This document shows, piece by piece, positions 11,491 to 23,400 of a stretch of 64,000 nucleotides of DNA. The stretch is taken from positions 1,400,209 through 1,464,208 of the forward strand of contig MU061168.1 in assembly GCA_013265495.1 (NCBI GenBank). The letters are read 5' to 3'. Every line of letters begins with the position of its first letter. The first letter of the stretch is position 1. This stretch comes from Vicugna vicugna. Its lineage: Eukaryota. The translations under genes were made by a program, and so were the position numbers. The notes beneath the pieces were generated by a model. The model did not search any database. It was not told the origin of the DNA and saw only the letters and a program-made list of their open reading frames with translations.

Positions 11491-11924
11491 TGTTTTTAAG
11501 TGAATAGCATGTTTTGATTCTATTTGCAGTACCTTTGTTATAAATATAATACATTTTTGAAAACTTGATGTTTAATTAACTTGAGTAGATTTATATTTTA
11601 AATGGGTCAACTCAATTGTTAAAGTTCCATGATAAAGAATATGATCATTTAAATGGCAAAAGTCTCACACGGTGAAACAGCCGTACGTCATAGTTTAGTT
11701 CATGGGCATCTCGATCCCCTTTCCCTTCTACAAGATATCACACTGGCCCGTTACACTGCTGACATGATGCTGATCGGACCTAGTGAGCAAGAGGTAGCAA
11801 CTTCCTGGTAAGACCTTTGCATGTTAGAGGGAAGGGAGTAAACCTGCCTGCGGTTTAGGGGCCTTCTGCCCCAGTGACATTTCTTGGGGTCCCACCCATG
11901 GTGGGCGGCATGTTGAGATATCCC

Positions 11925-12133
11925 ATCTCAGGTCTTGTTTTACTGGTTATGGACACTAAGAAGTCCCAGGAGCTGCAGGTGGCAAACTGGAGACCCAGCA
12001 GGGTCGGTGATGTAAGTTCCATCCCGAGTTCCAGTCTCGGGGCAGGAGAAGACTGACGTCCCAGCTTGAAGACTGGCGGAGAGAGGGAAGGAGAGGGAGT
12101 TCTTACACAGCCTTTTAATTCTATTCAGGTGTT
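11925..12133 (-). mobile_element. Internal MLT2 LTR fragment, inverted, interrupting ERVL pol
   Basis: aagtcccaggagctgcaggtggcaaactggagacccagc...gatgtcccagcttgaag...ttctattcagg is the reverse complement of MLT2; pol resumes at ttctaaggtaaaggacaagttg. Confidence 0.8.
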
Positions 12134-12799
12134 CCTTCTAAGGTAAAGGACAAGTTGTTGCTCGGGCCCCTGCTACAACCAAAAAAAGAGGCACAACATT
12201 TAGTGACCTCTTTGGATTTTGGAGGTAACATATTCCTCATGTGATATGTTATTCAGCTCATTTACTGAGTGACCTGAAGAGGTGCCAGTTTCAAGTGGGG
12301 CTCAAAACAAGAGACGCTCTGCACTGGGTGCAGGCCGCTGGGCTGTCTGCTCAGCCGTTCAGGCCACGTGACCTGGCAGGTCCGATGGGGCTTAGACTGT
12401 CATGGCAGATGGGGATGCTGTTAGGGGCCTTTGGCGGCTCCTGTAGGTGAATCACATGTCAGGCCCTTAGGATTTCTCTGGAGAACCCAGACTTGTCCAC
12501 AGCCGTGGCTTTCCTCCTCAGCCTCCTGTTTTCCCAGATGCTGCTGCCTCCTCTGCATTCATAGGCCCGTGGGCCAAAGTGAGCCAGGCACCCGGCCTCC
12601 CCAGCTGCTGGAGGCACACTTCCGGCTCCGGCATGCGACCCTCAGGTTGGGGTTAAGGGGTAAACTGCCCCCATTCCACCCTTTCCCCGGGGTCAGAGCG
12701 CCCCAGCAGCTTTCTCCAAGGACATCCTTTGGAATGTTCAACAACTCAGTCCTTTTCATGTCCTCCCAGTAAGTGTTGAATGCAATATTTGGGTATTCC

Positions 12800-13210
12800 C
12801 TTTAAGTATGACATTACGTTACATATTGAAGAGGTAAGGAGGGAGTAGCATCTTTGCAAGGAGACCGGGGGATGAGGAAACATGAGCTAGTAGTTCTGAA
12901 AAATATTGCTATTGGAAATAAAAGGATGACAATAAGTAGGAGAAACCTCAGGCTAGAATAACTGATGGGGGACAAGCCATCAAAAGAGAGTACGAAGTTA
13001 CATCTAATACAGCACTGAAAAATGAAGAAACGAAAAATATGAAGCTGAGGGTCATGGAAGGCAGATGGAGAAATTCTAATCCCAAGGAACTCCTGAATGA
13101 GAAAACTGGTGAGAACACAGGAGAGGGAATGGCTGGAAAATTTCCATAATCGAAAAAAATTCCAGTTCCTGAAAGTGCACTGATTGTGGTGAGTAAAGTG
13201 CTAAAACCCC
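12800..13210 (+). mobile_element. Ancient L1/HAL1 ORF1-region fragment
   Basis: Purine-rich segment with L1M ORF1-like motifs (ggaaaatttccataat, attgtggtgag...aaaacccca). Confidence 0.6.
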
Positions 13211-13697
13211 AGACAGTCCCTCCCGGGCACCTCCATGCCTCCTCGGGCGCAGAGAAGGCAGATCCGGCCCCAGTGAAGCTGTGAGCCAGCGTCACCCTGA
13301 TCACTTCCTGTCACAGGACATCCCTGGGTCCAGGGCTTCCTCGTCCCAGGCTTGGAGAAGAGGGGGCATATGTGACTGGAGTCTCCACAGCTTTCTACTA
13401 CTTCCTTCTTTCTCCATAAACTGATGGAACAGACCTTTTTTGTGTTAAAAAAAAAAAAGGATTTCCTGCTGCTTCTGGTTCACACGTAGCCTGTGATGAG
13501 CTCAGGTCTGTCATGTAGGGCTCGGATGCATGGTACAGCACACAGTAGGAACTTATTGCAGGAGTTTTCCTCTGTGTCGGTACTTGGCTCTGTGCTGGGG
13601 GCCCTGCTGCTTCAGGTCTTCTCAAAGAGGCAGTGATGGAGACAGTGCTGGCCAGCCAGGAAATAGCAGCGTCTGTCTCTGCTGACACATCCTAGCT

Positions 13698-13776
13698 GCT
13701 GTCCTATTGTATAGCTCTCCTATATTGTATATTCCTATACTCTCCTATATTGTGTAGCTGTCCTATTGTGTTGCTC
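13698..13776. repeat. Degenerate 16-18 bp minisatellite (gct[g/c]tcctat[at]tgt[a/g]ta)
   Basis: About 4.5 visible copies. Confidence 0.8.
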
Positions 13777-16700
13777 ACCGACAGTGCTTCCAAAGGATGT
13801 AAAGAAGAGGAAGGGAAATAAGATCTGGCTAGCCTCTTGATTTTTAAACGTTAGACCAAAGACATTTCTCTCCAGAAGGAATACATGTGTATTATAAAAA
13901 GTGCAAGCAGTACGGAAGAACATCAGTCAAAAAGCTCCTCCCTTCCTTCCCTCGTCCTTCCCTCAGGTGTGAGTTCTGTGACTATTTGGTGTGTCTCCTT
14001 CCAGATCCGTCTCTCTCTCAGAGACAGGATAATCATGATGTATCACCAGCTATGGTTCTCCCATCCCACAATCCTGTTTCTCTGGGACCCTCCTCTGCTC
14101 CTGACCTGGGAAGGTAGACAGGAGATACTCATCACTTCAAGGAAGCTGTCACAGTGGAATCAGAGACGAAATACACCAATTCTTGAGTTTTAGTCTAAAA
14201 AGTTCTCATCCCAGATATAAAATAGAAAAGATTGAGCAGAATATGTTTTGGCAGTTTCCCCTTCTCTTCCCAACCCCAGACAGATCAAGCTGAGGACGAG
14301 GAAGAGGGAAGGATGGGGAGGAAGAGAAATAGTCAGGGTCTCCAAAAGGCAGTCTCCTGCGCCCTTCCCTGGAGGGTAGATATGACATATGAGTGTGTGA
14401 ACGCTCAAGGTGAAATCTGAGGACTCAGGAGCTGAGGGGTCAGTGATAAGCCTCCATGTGAAGATTTGGGGTGCAGACACTCTCTTAAAATGTGATACAA
14501 GGCAGGCCGCTAAACCTAAGGGCCAAGGTAAGGAAAGAAGACTGCATTGATGAAGTTTAAATATAAAATGCCTGACTTTATCCAGGACTGACCATGGTTG
14601 TTATATTTTCTGCATCAGGAGGAATGGAGATTCCAAATTAAGGTAAAACCCAATTATGTAGCAGTAACAAAAGTCATAACACACACACATATATCAATAT
14701 ATCAATGTTATGACTTTTGTTACTATTACATATATAATGATGTATATTATATACATGACTATTGTTATATATATAAAAGTATATATAAAATATACGGCCT
14801 TTTTAGATAGTTTCCATTAAAAAATTCCAAACACTGCTGCAATGACTGTCTTTGCACACTTGCGCGACTGTATGCAGGACAGATTCTTACAACTGGAGGA
14901 TGAAGAAATGTGAAGTTGGATTCCACTCATGCTTTTGTCTCTCTTCCTCCATTTCTCTTTCTTAAAGACCTGACTTTATCCTGAGATGGGGTGAAAGAGT
15001 AATGATTCAATTCTCGCAGCCCTTGTCAAGTTAAGATATTTAAACAAGAAGTGAGGGTTCGTCTATCACCAAAGAGGTGCCGAACAGTGAAGTTTTGTTT
15101 CCCACTCTGTCCTCTTCCCGGATATTGGTAAATATCTAGATCGGTGGCTTTGTTACGCTTTTCCGGAGCGGGGCTTCGAGGAACTCGCCAGAGCCAGCTG
15201 CAGTTCTCAGAGACGCCACTAGGTGTCAATGTAGGTCTGAGTTGTCACCAACTCGCGGCTGCCGTTAATGTGGTTCAGTCCCCGTGGAGCCTCAGCNNNN
15301 NNNNNNNNNNNNNNNNNNNNNNNNNNNNNNNNNNNNNNNNNNNNNNNNNNNNNNNNNNNNNNNNNNNNNNNNNNNNNNNNNNNNNNNNNNNNNNNNNNNN
15401 NNNNNNNNNNNNNNNNNNNNNNNNNNNNGGAGTCGCTTACAGGCAGAGCCAGGGTCTCTCCCAGTTTTGATGTATGAGATTATTATGGAGAGGTAATGCA
15501 GGCCAAGTGATGCTGTACGGTGCGCTGTGCATGTGGACTCCTGTGTGAATTGTGAGGCCTGGCGCAGCAGAGATGGGTGCTTCGCAGGGTCGGGGGGAAA
15601 GGCTGTGATAGAACCCGCCATTGAGGGATTGACTGGGCCTCTTCTTCCCGTGCAAGAGAGGCCAGCCATGGGTGAGCCTCTCTCCTGGGTCCTGCAGTGG
15701 AAGGCAGAGCCTTGGGGAGATAGCCAGAGGGGCTGCCAAGTGGTTGCTGCTCTGAGCCTTGACTGAATCAGGGTTAAACGTATTCAGGGCAGCCCTTCAG
15801 TCCAGGCCTTTATGAAGGTGACAGGAGTCAAATGAGGCACCTGGAATGAGGTGTCCTGGAGGATCCTCTGCGGTTGACCTCCAAGGGCAATGGAGCAGGG
15901 CAGGTAAACCCCTAGACAATAAAACAGTGTTTCTTCTCTTCTTCCAGCTTGTGCCAAGCCTCCTCCGTGGCCCACCCATGTAGACTGGAATGTTGTGTCT
16001 TTTTTTTTAACTTTTAAATTGGAACTTTATTTCAGTTCTTTTGAATTGATGTAAAAGGTAAGATAAAGAGTGTTTTAAATATATGAAATGAGAATATATG
16101 ACCTTTCTAATAAGAAGGGCTCCTACTCACAATTTATTGTTAGTTTTCACTCACTTTATCTGCTTCCCACCTCTCTTAAGCTTCTTGTTTGTTTTAAGAT
16201 TCTTTGAGCCATATCATCAGCTTGAGATGAAAGTTCTATCCTCTCGCTTTAATGTTTCTGTCCACCCTGGTGAGTCCCCACAGGCTCTAACTAGGGGTGA
16301 TGAGAAGCGCCTCGCGAGGGCTCCCTATCCCACCCCCTGCTGTTCCAGGACCACAGGTGGTTCACCCCTGGACCCACACTATGGTCACGGCCACAGGGCA
16401 TCCCTGCGAATTCTGGTCCTAGAGGGGTGTCTGCTTGTCCTCTGCAGAGTGAACTCTCACCCTGGCATCAAAGTTATTTACTCAAAATTTTTGCTCACCT
16501 GCTCGGCTGTTACTTCAGAGCCCAGCACAAGCCCCAGCCAGGTACCAGGTGTCAGATCAGGTTCTCGCTTCGCAAACCCTGACTCCAGGCCTTTGGTTAG
16601 AACCCGAATCCCCATCCCAGATTACAACTTCCTTCTCACAGACCTACCCCAGCAGCTTTTTTAGCCTCAAGTCTGGATCTTAGACCTTTTATTCCCAGAA

Positions 16701-18836
16701 GAGCCCAGCTCCTACTGCAGCCTGTCCACGTGTCCCCTGAGCTCTGCAGACTGCGGCGTGTCAGGCAGGGGCATGCCTTCACAGCAGCACACAGTCCTGC
16801 TACACTCCTCCAGGGCTTCAGCAATAAGGAGTCACAGACCTGCATCCCGGGGGCCTTAGCATCCTCTCCCCATACATATGGACTAGAGAAGGCCTTAATG
16901 TGCACAACTAAGGCGGGTCCCCCAGTGGTCCCAAGGTGACTTGCTATTCTTACCCAATGACTAAGAGGCAGACAATGTCATTTGTTCAATTTTAGATTCA
17001 CTTTGGACCTAGTTACTTTTACTGTTGACAGAAATCTCTTCATCTTTATATCCGCAGACACTCAAAGTCAATCTGTAAATATTGATTCTTTATTTGCCGA
17101 TTTCTATGGATGGGCACACAGGCAATGACTGTCCATTATCAAGTAAGTGGAAGTCAGACTCTGGCTTCAGGACTGTGTGGATGACTGGTTGCCAGGCTGA
17201 CATGCAGGTAGGGAAGTGGTGGGGGGCCATGTGTGCCGGGCGGGTCTCATTCTCCTCCCAGCTCTCCTGCTCTCTCTCCTTCTTTGGCCTCTCCTCCCTA
17301 ATCCTGAGCACTCAGCCTGTTTGTGGGGTCTGCTGTTGGGTTTTCTGCCTCAATAGTGTTTGCTGCTACAATCTACCGTGGGAGCGGCATTTTAAACCAC
17401 GTTGAATCCAAGAGTCTTCCTCTTGGATCTGGGGCAAAACACCAGCCCCGTGGCACTTTTTGTGTGTTAGATATGTCTCCAGATTCTAGCCGGTGGGGGT
17501 GGGGAGAAGGAGTGTTGTGGTTCCTGACTTAACCATTTTACACTCAGTGTCATGTGGACGGCAACACACATGTGGTTCACGGGTTGGCAGGCAGGCAGTT
17601 GGGCGGGGGATCAGCAAAGAGGTGAGGGATTAGTGCATGCTGGGAATACCTGCCTTATAGGCTGGAGAGAATTCTGCTGGTCTGGAGCAAGCTCTGGAAA
17701 ATAACCAAGAGTCTCGCCCAGCATTCAGTTCTTCCAGGACTTGTAAACTGACCTCTGTTTGAAGGTTCTGAATCCCAGAAGTGGGATGCTGGCCCTTAGG
17801 GCAAAAGCACAGTGAAGCCAGGAGGGGAGTGCCCAGAAACATGAAACAGACCCAAGAGGATCCGGGTGGAGTATGGGGGCAGCCTCTCCGTCTGTCCTCT
17901 CTCAGCCCCCGTGCCTGTTGTTTAAAATTGGAACTGTCTGCGCACCCTCTCAGGGCAGGTGATGAGCAAATCTCTGGGCCAGCCTTGTCTGAGGATTCCC
18001 GTTCCTAGTGGAGGCCCCACTCTCCCGTCTCCATCCACGGGCTCAGAGCCACTTTTTCGGGGTGTCTATGCCTCAGGAAGATCCCTTCCTCTCAGTACCA
18101 ACTCTAGTCTGCGATCTGGGCTTTTCTCGGGGATGGGGGCTCAGCCAGAGCTCAGCCAGCACCTCAGCTGCTCCCTGAGAAGCAGGAAGACATGTGTGGA
18201 GAGGACAGACTAGAGGGCTGGGAAAACCTGTCTGTTAGGCACTGGACACACATGGTCAGCACGGAGGACGTCATCGGTCATGTAGTCCCCTCCAGGCCTC
18301 GCACAGATGGGGACACCGAGGACCAGACACATGGATTCTCTCAACTCACTGGGGCTTTCTCAGCGCCAGGGGTCCTGGGCCAGGCTTGGCTGTGCTGGTG
18401 GTTTCATCACTGGTCATCTTTCAGGTTTCCCCCTTCCTAGGTCCAGGAACTGGGTAAATAGATTACCGTCCTCTCACTGTCCGAATACCCTCAAGCAGCC
18501 TCCCACTGGACACCCCACGCAGGCGAGGGTCTTCCAAGGAGGGACAGGGTTCCTCCAACAGTGCACCTGGGACTCACTCTGCTGCACAGCCGGCTTCTGT
18601 CAGAACAAACATTGGGCTAAACTGCCTCTGCTTCCCCAGACTGATCAGTTCCTGGATATTAAAGAAGGAATGGCCCAGATTCACACTGGCCCCCGCTTCT
18701 CCTCCATCCCCTCAGCCAGAAGAATTCATTACCAAAGCCTCTTCTTCTATTTTTTTGGAAAAAAATACTCCATACATTTTAAAACAATCATGATGGGGCA
18801 AAATTGTGGCAGATAACATTTAACAAGTTCATTCAA

Positions 18837-18985
18837 GGGGGAAGGTACAGCTCAGTAATAGAGTGTATGCTTAGCATGTACGAGGTCCTGGATTCAATCT
18901 CCAGTACCTCCATTAAATAAATAAACAAATAAGCAAATAAATAAATAAACCAAATAATCCCCCCCCCTTAAGCAAAAAAAACAAA
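18837..18985 (+). mobile_element. tRNA-Ala-derived SINE (Vic-1-like)
   Basis: A box, gcttAGCatg anticodon arm, B box, (AAAT)n region and A-tail; TSD aacaagtt(c/a)attca at 18822-18835 and 18986-18999. Confidence 0.9.
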
Positions 18986-19100
18986 AACAAGTTAATTCAG
19001 CTCAGGAATTACGCCCTACAAGAGTTACTGAGTCACACTCTAAGTCCATTCTGAAAAACACACACATTTGACTGGTGCGTTATTTGATGTTCCAGTTTTT

Positions 19101-19202
19101 AAATATGGAATGCTTCATGACTTTGTATGTCATCCTTGCCCAGGGGCTAGGCTAATCTCTGTGTGGTTCCAATTTTGGTACATCGTGCTAGGAAGCCAGC
19201 AC
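19101..19202 (-). pseudogene. RNU6: U6 snRNA retropseudogene, full length
   Basis: The reverse complement gtgctggcttcctagcacgatgtaccaaaattggaaccacacagagattagcctagcccctgggcaaggatgacatacaaagtcatgaagcattccatattt aligns end to end with U6; TSD atgttccagttt at 19087-19098 and 19204-19215. Confidence 0.95.
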
Positions 19203-20084
19203 CATGTTCCAGTTTATTCATTGAGGTAATAATATGTGGTATGGATTGACTCTGTAGCAAAAAAGAAAATTCTTTCCTTTCTTTTTTAAAATAACAAATG
19301 ACATCCCGTGGCCTCTCTTCCTTTTTTATGTATTTATTTTTATTATTATCATTATTTTTTTTACCAAGTACAATGCACCCTGATAAAAAATGATGAACGT
19401 TGTATGTATCTGTGGTAATAGCCGTGGCGAAGGCAGTCAGAGGCATATTAACCACAGACTTATCTGTGGAGCAGCACCTTATGTAAGATGCATTTTCCTC
19501 TAGAGCCAGGCAGCGAAGACTCCACCTACGCAGTAGACAAGTGGCCCCTGGGCCCATGTGCCACCCAGTGTCGGGCCTTTGGCGGGGCAGGGGTTTGGGG
19601 GGGAGTTTTCTCACCAACATAATTGACAAAACAAGAGTAGGATTTCCATTTAGCGCAACAGAAGCGAATATGTCAATTGGCACTTGATGCATCGTAGTCT
19701 GGTTGTACTAACGTCGCCTACGGAACCCAAGATAATTTCAGTGACATCTTTCTTTTCTCTGGGGGAGAAATGTGCTTTCTGCCAGTGTCCGGCTGACAAG
19801 CCGGGATAAACACTTGCGTGGTAGATGGAGACAGTGTATTTAAGGTTCACTTGAGGTTAGCTATTTCAGGTATCTTTTATAAAACTGACATCCCCCCCAC
19901 CACCAAAAAAAAAAAAAAAGAAAGAAAGATATAGGACTGAATACTTGGTGGAAGCTGATGGGATAACTTTGAGTCCCTCCTTCCAGGTGGCCAGAGGCTC
20001 CTTAGACTGTGGTCACCAAACGGATCATCCAAGAAAGCCAGAAACTCCTCCATGCACCTCTGTGAGCCTCAGGGTGTGGCCTGG

Positions 20085-20270
20085 TTAGCGATGCGCCGCT
20101 GTTGATCTGCAGCCTCCCGCATCCAGTCCCGACCGCACGCAGCCTCCGTCACAGCCCTGCGGCCACGGACCGGCGGGTGGCTGTTCCCAGCGTGCGAGCC
20201 GTCACTCGGCGCGTGCGGATGGAGCCCCTGCCCTCGGCTGCGGCCGCCCCCCACGTCACGTCTCCACTCC
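20085..20270. promoter_or_regulatory. Short CpG island with three half-CRE (CGTCA) sites; probable promoter or enhancer
   Basis: About 24 CpGs in about 180 bp of unique GC-rich DNA; CGTCA at 20147, 20200 and 20254. Confidence 0.7.
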
Positions 20271-20435
20271 CCAGCCCTGCCTGGCTTCTCTGCCTTCTTA
20301 GCTGCTCTACCGTTGCTCTTTGTAGCAGCTCAGCCTCGCTGTCTTCCCAGAGCCTCCGTGAAACCCCCTAACCCAACCATCCCCACCGTTTGTCCCTTCC
20401 AGGCCTCGGGACCTGCTCAGGAGAGTCGTGGTGGT

Positions 20436-20457
20436 TGAGTCAACTGCTGACCTCAGC
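20436..20457. promoter_or_regulatory. AP-1 site next to a MARE-like site
   Basis: TGAGTCA at 20436-20442 and TGCTGACCTCAGC at 20445-20457 (the C-MARE consensus is TGCTGACGTCAGCA). Confidence 0.45.
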
Positions 20458-23400
20458 TGGAGACGCTGAGTGGCGTGGAACTTCTCCTCCTCTTGGGGCC
20501 ACTTCACGTTATTTCCCCAGAGGCGCCTTCCAGCCTGGAATATCTAGGCTTACAGGTGTGCAGGTGGTAAAAAACAAAGCAAAACAAACAGAAAAACCAA
20601 GGAGGTGGAAATGCTGAACACTCCTTGGAAAAGTCCAGCAGTGGACGATTTGGAGAGGACTATAGTCTGAGAGGGACTCAGGCCAAAGGAGGGGAAGGAG
20701 TGACGGGCACTGGAGTGTGAGAGTTGGTGGGCAGGACCCCGAGGCCTGGGGGTCGTCCACGGTTCTCTGGCACACTGTGTGTCCTCACAGGACTCCTTTT
20801 CTGCTTGAGCTTTGTGTGGATTCCTGGTCCTTAGCATCCAAGACGCCAGACTAGAATGATCTATATTTGTCCAGTTGCTCAGGTCAGAAACCCGAGCTCC
20901 TCAAGGTCAAAGCATGTGTCTCATTCACCAACCCATCTGCAGTACCTGACTTAGCTCCTAGCATTCATTCATTTTTTTCAGTCTTTGTTGCATATTCAGA
21001 TGCCAGGAACACCATAGGCATTCAGTTAGACAAATTTAAGCTCTTTTCACATCACATTCTGAAAATCGTACCTCTAAAAAAACTCCAGATTTTCCTGATT
21101 GGCAATTTAGCTGCCAGAATGCCTGGGAAGAAGAGACAGTTTGTTTAGAAGTAAAGATATTTTCTACTTGCCGATGAAAGAATCCAGATTTTGAGGAAGT
21201 ATTGAATTGTCTGGTAAAGAAAATATTTAATAAAACAAATTGTAGATCCATACAACTAAAATTGCTAATATGGAGATAATCCTCACTGCAAAATTTTAAG
21301 GAAAAGGGCCTGCCAGACATTGGGTTGGATGTGCCCTTGAATGAAGCGGATGCCTTGAATTTCCCAGGGTACCACTCTGAAGTCACAGCAATCCACATGG
21401 AATCCTTTGTCCCGTCAAATGAGATTCAACATGGACCCTGGACCTTTGACAGTAGACAATAAACTCCCTACCTCTGTGACTCATTTTGGAAAAAAGAAAA
21501 GAGGAATTATACAATCAGATGTGTTCTTTTGGAGATTTTGGGAGCAGCAAGACAGAAACCTTGTGGGTAGCAGGCTTAGGTTGGGCTGAAAACACACTGG
21601 AGTGTTTCCGTGTCCACGGAAGCCCTCCAGGCTGGCCGCAGCCCGGCTCTGTGAGAGCTATTAGGATGCAAAGCAGTCATGCAGGCTTGTTCCTGGAGCG
21701 TGTCTCACCTCTGTCCCCTCAACTCTGCCTCGGCCCATTCCTAAGTGTGAAAGTTCTGATTGTTATCTCAGTTACNNNNNNNNNNNNNNNNNNNNNNNNN
21801 NNNNNNNNNNNNNNNNNNNNNNNNNNNNNNNNNNNNNNNNNNNNNNNNNNNNNNNNNNNNNNNNNNNNNNNNNNNNNNNNNNNNNNNNNNNNNNNNNNNN
21901 NNNNNNNNNNNNNNNNNNNNNNNNNNNNNNNNNNNNNNNCATTGTACTGAGAAACTCAGCAACTAATACTAATAACAATAAAATATGTTTGTATTTTTTA
22001 GATGACTTTTTCCACTGGGGACTCCCTGGTGAGAGACAGGCACTGAGCAGAGTGAGTGTGTATATGAGCTGGAAATAGAGAGCAGGAAAGAGACCTGGCC
22101 GGCTNNNNNNNNNNNNNNNNNNNNNNNNNNNNNNNNNNNNNNNNNNNNNNNNNNNNNNNNNNNNNNNNNNNNNNNNNNNNNNNNNNNNNNNNNNNNNNNN
22201 NNNNNNNNNNNNNNNNNNNNNNNNNNNNNNNNNNNNNNNNNNNNNNNNNNNNNNNNNNNNNNNNNNNNNNNNNNNNNNNNNNNNNNNNNNNNNNNNNNNN
22301 NNNNNNNNGTGTTTCACAAGAATTCCTACCCCACTCCCGTCTCCCTCTTTATTCAGCAAACTCTAATCTTTCATATTGCATTGAGACAAATGTTGCTCCA
22401 TTTCTCTCCCTCTCTCTGTTTTTCCCTGGAAGGGATATTTGATGGAACCCACTCCAGGTTTTAATAAAGTGTGGGGGCAAAGGAGAAATTAAAGCGGTGT
22501 CATGGTTTGTTAGCAGCCCAGGATCTTCCAGGATGGGCCGAGGCTACAAATTATACTCTGGAATTAATTGGCAGAAGGTAGTTCTCCTGTCCATCATTCT
22601 TCATCCAAAGGTGTGGGTGGAAGCGGTCGTGGGACATCAACAGGGAAATGTGTGCTCTTCTCCATTTCCCCTTTGCTTTGGCTAAGTTACTGGTCTGATT
22701 AGGTAGCTGTTTTCTGGACCCTCACCCCGTGCTTCGATTAGGTAGGAGCTGTGTTATTTGCTGTTACCTCTTGGCTTAGCTGGGCCATTCTAGGTGTCCT
22801 CCTAAGCAGGGTGCTTTCAGTTCAGGGACCTGCTATGGGTCAACGGGGTCCAAAGCTAGGCTTCCTACAGCCATGCGAAATTGAAAGAGCATATAGCTTC
22901 CTTTTCCAAAGCTCTATAAAAACCAAAACCGTTACAGAGTTAACTCTTATAAATGCAATATAGGTATGTTAGATAGACTGCTATGTTTAGGGTAAGATTT
23001 TAAGAAACATTAAAACATAGAAAGAACCAGCTTCCGCTTACCCACCCCGGGTTCCTCCTTCTGGACTGGAAGAGATGATACTGCTCTTCCTTGCCTTGTC
23101 CGGGACGTGCATTTAGACAGCGAGAGGAGTTGCCCACTCTCAGCCAGCCATTGGCTTTCCCTAAGAGCTCGGTTCCCTGCCTTGTTGTATATGGGAGAAA
23201 ATGCCTCTGTGCTCTGCAGGCCTGAGTTCTTTTTCCTGGTGCAAAAGGGAAGAATTCCTGTATGTTGACCCCAGAAATCCTGCGGGTGAACCTTTCCCAG
23301 CTAGAAAGGAGGAATTTTCTTCTGTCTGGCTCCTTCTATTTGAACACAAAATTTGAGTTTATCACAGCTGTTGAATGAATTTAAGCTTCTCTTTATGGTA

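Larger units (their letters stand above)
8466..12600 (+). mobile_element. ERVL (HERV-L/MuERV-L class) internal region: degenerate gag and pol, truncated around RNase H, no 3' LTR seen
   Basis: Gag-like ORF at 8603-8977. RT remnant AAAVPDMSSLPEQINTALGTWFAAIDLAIAF*..SWQGQ near 11272-11430. The YIDD catalytic motif reads YTAD near 11750. Multiple stops and frameshifts. Confidence 0.9.

Noticed and set aside
16098-16664. 188-aa plus-strand ORF
   Set aside because: Low-information composition, no recognisable homology and no supporting splice or promoter signals.
18837-18910. Functional tRNA-Ala genes at the five SINE heads
   Set aside because: They have stem-breaking substitutions, a shared (AAAT)n/C-rich 3' body, A tails and TSDs, which identify them as SINEs.
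19147-19692. 181-aa minus-strand ORF
   Set aside because: It crosses low-complexity A-rich sequence and ends inside the U6 pseudogene.
21772-22359. Long ORFs containing X runs
   Set aside because: They are artefacts of translating through N gaps.
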